In this document: piece by piece, positions 61,224 to 64,000 of the stretch
How positions within the stretch are numbered: position 1 is the first letter of the stretch
How the letters are laid out: each line of letters opens with the position of its first letter
The notes under the pieces: model-generated
Told to the model about the DNA's origin: nothing
The model's database searches: none
What the model saw: the letters and a program-made list of their open reading frames with translations, nothing else
Made by a program: the position numbers and the translations under genes
Assembly: GCA_022865485.1 (NCBI GenBank)
Contig: JALHSZ010000006.1
Coordinates: 1,999-65,998 of the forward strand
Direction of reading: 5' to 3'
DNA: 64,000 nucleotides
Origin: Dehalococcoidales bacterium
GTDB lineage: Bacteria; Chloroflexota; Dehalococcoidia; Dehalococcoidales; BS750m-G39

Positions 61224-61285
61224 GTCCCATTAAGATATTGCATATCCCTTTAAACTACCCCTTTGAACAGGTCAGCATTTAAGTT

Positions 61286-61999
61286 TTAGCTGATGATGTC
61301 AAGCGCCTTCTTCAGGTCAATATCTCCCGTATAGAGGGCGGTGCCGACAATAGCGCCTTCGGCGCCGAGGGCTTTGAGCATCTTGAGGTGGTTTAGAGAG
61401 GAGATACCGCCGGCGGCGATGACGGGCTTTCGGATGGTATCGATAAGCTCGGCGGTGGCGGCGAAGTTGGGCTCGGTGAGGGTGCCGTCGCGGCTGATAT
61501 CGGTATAGATGAAGCGCTTTACTCCCAGCGGGGTCATTGAGCGCGCCAGGGTTACCGCCCTGATTTCGGTGGGCTGGCGCCAGCCGTGGGTGGCGACAAA
61601 GCCATCGCGGGCGTCGATGCCGACGATGATGGTATCGCGGTAGCGCTTACAGGCCTCTTTGACCAGTTCGGGGTCTTCCACGGCGGCGGTGCCTAAGATT
61701 ATGCGCTCGACGCCGGCCTTGAGCAGCTTGTGTATGGTCTCGATGTCGCGGATGCCGCCGCCGAGTTGCGTTGGAATCAATAAGACGCGGGCGATGTCGG
61801 TGACTATCTCGATGTTGCGTACGCTGCCCTCGGCGGCGCCGTCGAGGTCAACGATGTGGAGGCGGGGTGCCCCCAGCGACTGCCACTGCAGGGCGGCCTC
61901 TACCGGGTCTTCGGAGAATACCGTTTCGCGCTCATAGTCGCCCTGGTAGAGGCGGACACACCTGCCGCCGCGGATATCTATGGCCGGGATGATTTCCGT
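61286..61999 (-). CDS. hisA: ProFAR isomerase, apparent ACG start
   Basis: Frame is open upstream of the track ORF: EIIPAIDIRGGRCVRLYQGDY...HIVDLDGA...GGGIR...TDI.RDG. Confidence 0.95.
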   Translation of the reverse strand, partial: TEIIPAIDIRGGRCVRLYQGDYERETVFSEDPVEAALQWQSLGAPRLHIVDLDGAAEGSVRNIEIVTDIARVLLIPTQLGGGIRDIETIHKLLKAGVERIILGTAAVEDPELVKEACKRYRDTIIVGIDARDGFVATHGWRQPTEIRAVTLARSMTPLGVKRFIYTDISRDGTLTEPNFAATAELIDTIRKPVIAAGGISSLNHLKMLKALGAEGAIVGTALYTGDIDLKKALDIIS

Positions 62000-62009
62000 A
62001 GCAACTCAC

Positions 62010-63581
62010 CTACAGGTTGATATTGGAGTACTTTCTCCAGGGTCGGGACAGGAACGCCTTGTTATCCTTATTCTTGTTTTCCAGCATATCCAGCGAGCGG
62101 TTGATGACCTTGCGGGTGTCGCTGGGCATAATGACGTCGTCGATGTAGCCGCGCTCGGCGCCTTTATAGGGGTTTTCGTAGATTTCGCTGTATTCCGCGA
62201 TGCGCTGTGCCGCCGTCTCTTTGGGGTTTGCCGACTGCTTGATTTCCTTGGCGAAGATGACGCTGGCGGCGGTCTCGGCACCGACGATGGTGACCCGTGC
62301 CGTGGGCCAGGCAAAGACGAGGTCGGCGCCGATGCCCTTATCGAGCATGCCGTAGTGGGCGCCCGCGTAGGACTTGCGCAGGATAATGGAGATGAGGGGG
62401 ACGGTGGCATCAGCCCAGGCAAAGAGCAGCTTGGCGCCGTGGCGCAGTATGCCTTTCCAATCCTGCTCGGAGCCGATCATATAGCCGGGGCAGTCGCCCA
62501 GGGTGACGACGGGGATGTTGAAGAGGTCGCAGAAGCGGGCGAAGCGTGCCCCTTTGTCGGCGGCGTCGCAGTCGATGGTGCCCGCCGCCCACATGGGCTG
62601 GTTGGACCAGATGCCCACCGGCCGGCCGTTGAAGCGGGCGAAACCGGTGATAACGCTCTTGGCGTGGTCCTTTAATATCTCGTAGAAATAGCCGTCGTCG
62701 ACGATGGCGCGGATTACCTTGTACATGTCGTAGGGCTGGGTGGGTTTGTCGGGGATGATGCTGTCGAGCTCGGGACAGAGCCGCTCGGGGTCGTCGCTGG
62801 TGGGGAGGCGGGGCGGCATATCGCTGTTGTTCGAGGGGAAGAGCGCCAGGAGTTCCTTGGTCTTGTCCAGGGCGTCTTTGTCATCATTAGCCACGATGTG
62901 GGTCTGGCCGGACTTGACGGCGTGCGCCTTCCAGCCGGAGAGCTCCTCCAGCGAGATTTCCTCGCCGAGCTGGGTCTTGACGAAGGCGGGGCCGGCAATG
63001 CCCATGAAGCCGGTGTCCCGGCACTGGATGATGAAGTCCTGCATGATGGGGTGGTAGGCCTGTCCGCCCAGGCAGGGGCCCATGAGCACGGCTATCTGGG
63101 GGATGATGCCGGAAGCCCGTATCTGGGCTTTGAAGAGGTTGCCGTACATTTCCAGCGTATCCATGCCCTCCTGGAGGCGGGCGCCGCCGGAATCATTCAA
63201 GCCGACCAGCGGCCAGCCCATCTCCTTGGCGAAGTCAATAGCCCGGATTTCTTTTATGCCGTGATACTCGCCGAAGGTGCCGGCCATAGCCATGAAGTCC
63301 TCGGCGAAGGCGACCACGGGACGGCCGTTGACCAGGCCGTAGCCGGTGACTACTCCTTCCGCGGGGACTTCCGCCTTGTCCATGCCGAAGTGGGTGGTTC
63401 TATGCTTGACGAATATGCCTAGCTCGTTGAAGGTGCCGGGGTCGAAGAGGTAGTCGATTCTTTCTCGTGCCGTCCACTGGCCTTTACTGTGGCGCTTCTC
63501 TATGGCTTCGGGGGAAGCCATCTGTTCGATCTTGGCTCTTTTCCGTTTATATTCCTCAATGAGCTCTTCGGTTGATGCCAT
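62010..63581 (-). CDS. Second acyl-CoA carboxyltransferase (PccB/MmdA type)
   Basis: TARERI, DSGGARLQEG, RFCD.FNIP, RKSY.GA. Confidence 0.92.
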   Translation of the reverse strand: MASTEELIEEYKRKRAKIEQMASPEAIEKRHSKGQWTARERIDYLFDPGTFNELGIFVKHRTTHFGMDKAEVPAEGVVTGYGLVNGRPVVAFAEDFMAMAGTFGEYHGIKEIRAIDFAKEMGWPLVGLNDSGGARLQEGMDTLEMYGNLFKAQIRASGIIPQIAVLMGPCLGGQAYHPIMQDFIIQCRDTGFMGIAGPAFVKTQLGEEISLEELSGWKAHAVKSGQTHIVANDDKDALDKTKELLALFPSNNSDMPPRLPTSDDPERLCPELDSIIPDKPTQPYDMYKVIRAIVDDGYFYEILKDHAKSVITGFARFNGRPVGIWSNQPMWAAGTIDCDAADKGARFARFCDLFNIPVVTLGDCPGYMIGSEQDWKGILRHGAKLLFAWADATVPLISIILRKSYAGAHYGMLDKGIGADLVFAWPTARVTIVGAETAASVIFAKEIKQSANPKETAAQRIAEYSEIYENPYKGAERGYIDDVIMPSDTRKVINRSLDMLENKNKDNKAFLSRPWRKYSNINL

Positions 63582-63654
63582 GTTTAAGACCTCTCCTTCT
63601 AGATTCGGGGTAATTATAGCACTATCGCTTGGGGGTTAACAAACGAGGTTTTTC

Positions 63655-63840
63655 ATCCCACCCAGCCCGCCCTATAGAGGTTAGACCTCTTTAGACTCCT
63701 TATTTGGGAGGTTACGCCCCGCTCATCTCCACCTTGATAGCGGGGGTGTTTCTGTCCCACCACCCCACCCCGATTTTATCTATTCCCGCCCGCCACCCTT
63801 TAAGGTAAAGAGGGGTTTCACCCCTCTTAGACACCCCAGA
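63655..63840. repeat. Family-B composite repeat
   Basis: Same modules as 26359-26495, rearranged: the G4 module is inverted and placed first. Confidence 0.82.
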
Positions 63841-63911
63841 GAACTTTGAACTCTAGTGGGCGTTAGTCTGCATATAGCTTGTGGGACTCCGCTCAGCCTC
63901 CCCTTTGGGGA

Positions 63912-64000
63912 GAGATTCATCGGTCGTCCTTCAGCCGAAGGACTCCTTCAGAATGACAAAGGGAAAAGAGAGGCTGGATTCCCGCTTTCGCGGGAATGAC
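63912..64000 (-). repeat. GTCA-headed REP cluster
   Basis: 63952-64000 is the exact reverse complement of 30882-30930. Confidence 0.88.

Larger units (their letters stand above)
59467..61259 (-). mobile_element. Decayed IS1-like cargo element
   Basis: Bounded by GGTAGT (59467) and ACTACC (61259); transposase C-terminal remnant at 61116-61223; AT-rich cargo; no target-site duplication seen. Confidence 0.55.

Noticed and set aside
61135-61233. 32-aa hydrophobic ORF (MFSIVQIRLAIPAAIAG...) as a fourth cassette gene
   Set aside because: It is the antisense of the transposase remnant, which explains the sequence better.

Overview
GC-rich chromosomal segment whose gene set and order point to a Dehalococcoidia-like Chloroflexota genome (inference). 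The core genes are rho-tal-pyrG, cbpA-hspR-clp, leuS-proC, an 11-subunit complex-I-like nuo operon without nuoEFG, a carboxyltransferase/pycB/aconitase-like/icd/mdh/fumarase cluster, folP-folK-queD, rarA, the AmmeMemoRadiSAM trio, rplU-rpmA-rpmE, hisA/hisI, tRNA-Ala(GGC) and initiator tRNA-Met. Several short AT-rich cassettes sit between the core genes. The best candidate for a new system is 59.47-61.26 kb. It encodes a dCTP-deaminase/dUTPase-fold protein that lacks the deaminase Glu and carries a C-terminal membrane helix, followed by a Panacea antitoxin and a RelE-like toxin candidate, all apparently cargo of a decayed IS1-like element. Other defence-like candidates are a 54-aa basic protein plus an NDT/TIR-like-TPR protein (42.5-43.3 kb), a small protein plus a MORC-like GHKL ATPase beside tRNA-fMet, and a Zn-ribbon plus nuclease-like pair. 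Also notable are an in-frame TAG in leuS, three conserved genes that seem to start at ATT/ATA/ACG, a repeat family carrying G-quadruplex motifs upstream of promoters, covarying GTCA-headed REP hairpins, and two inverted copies of a helically phased ~180-bp element. All family calls come from motif recognition by eye; no searches were run.
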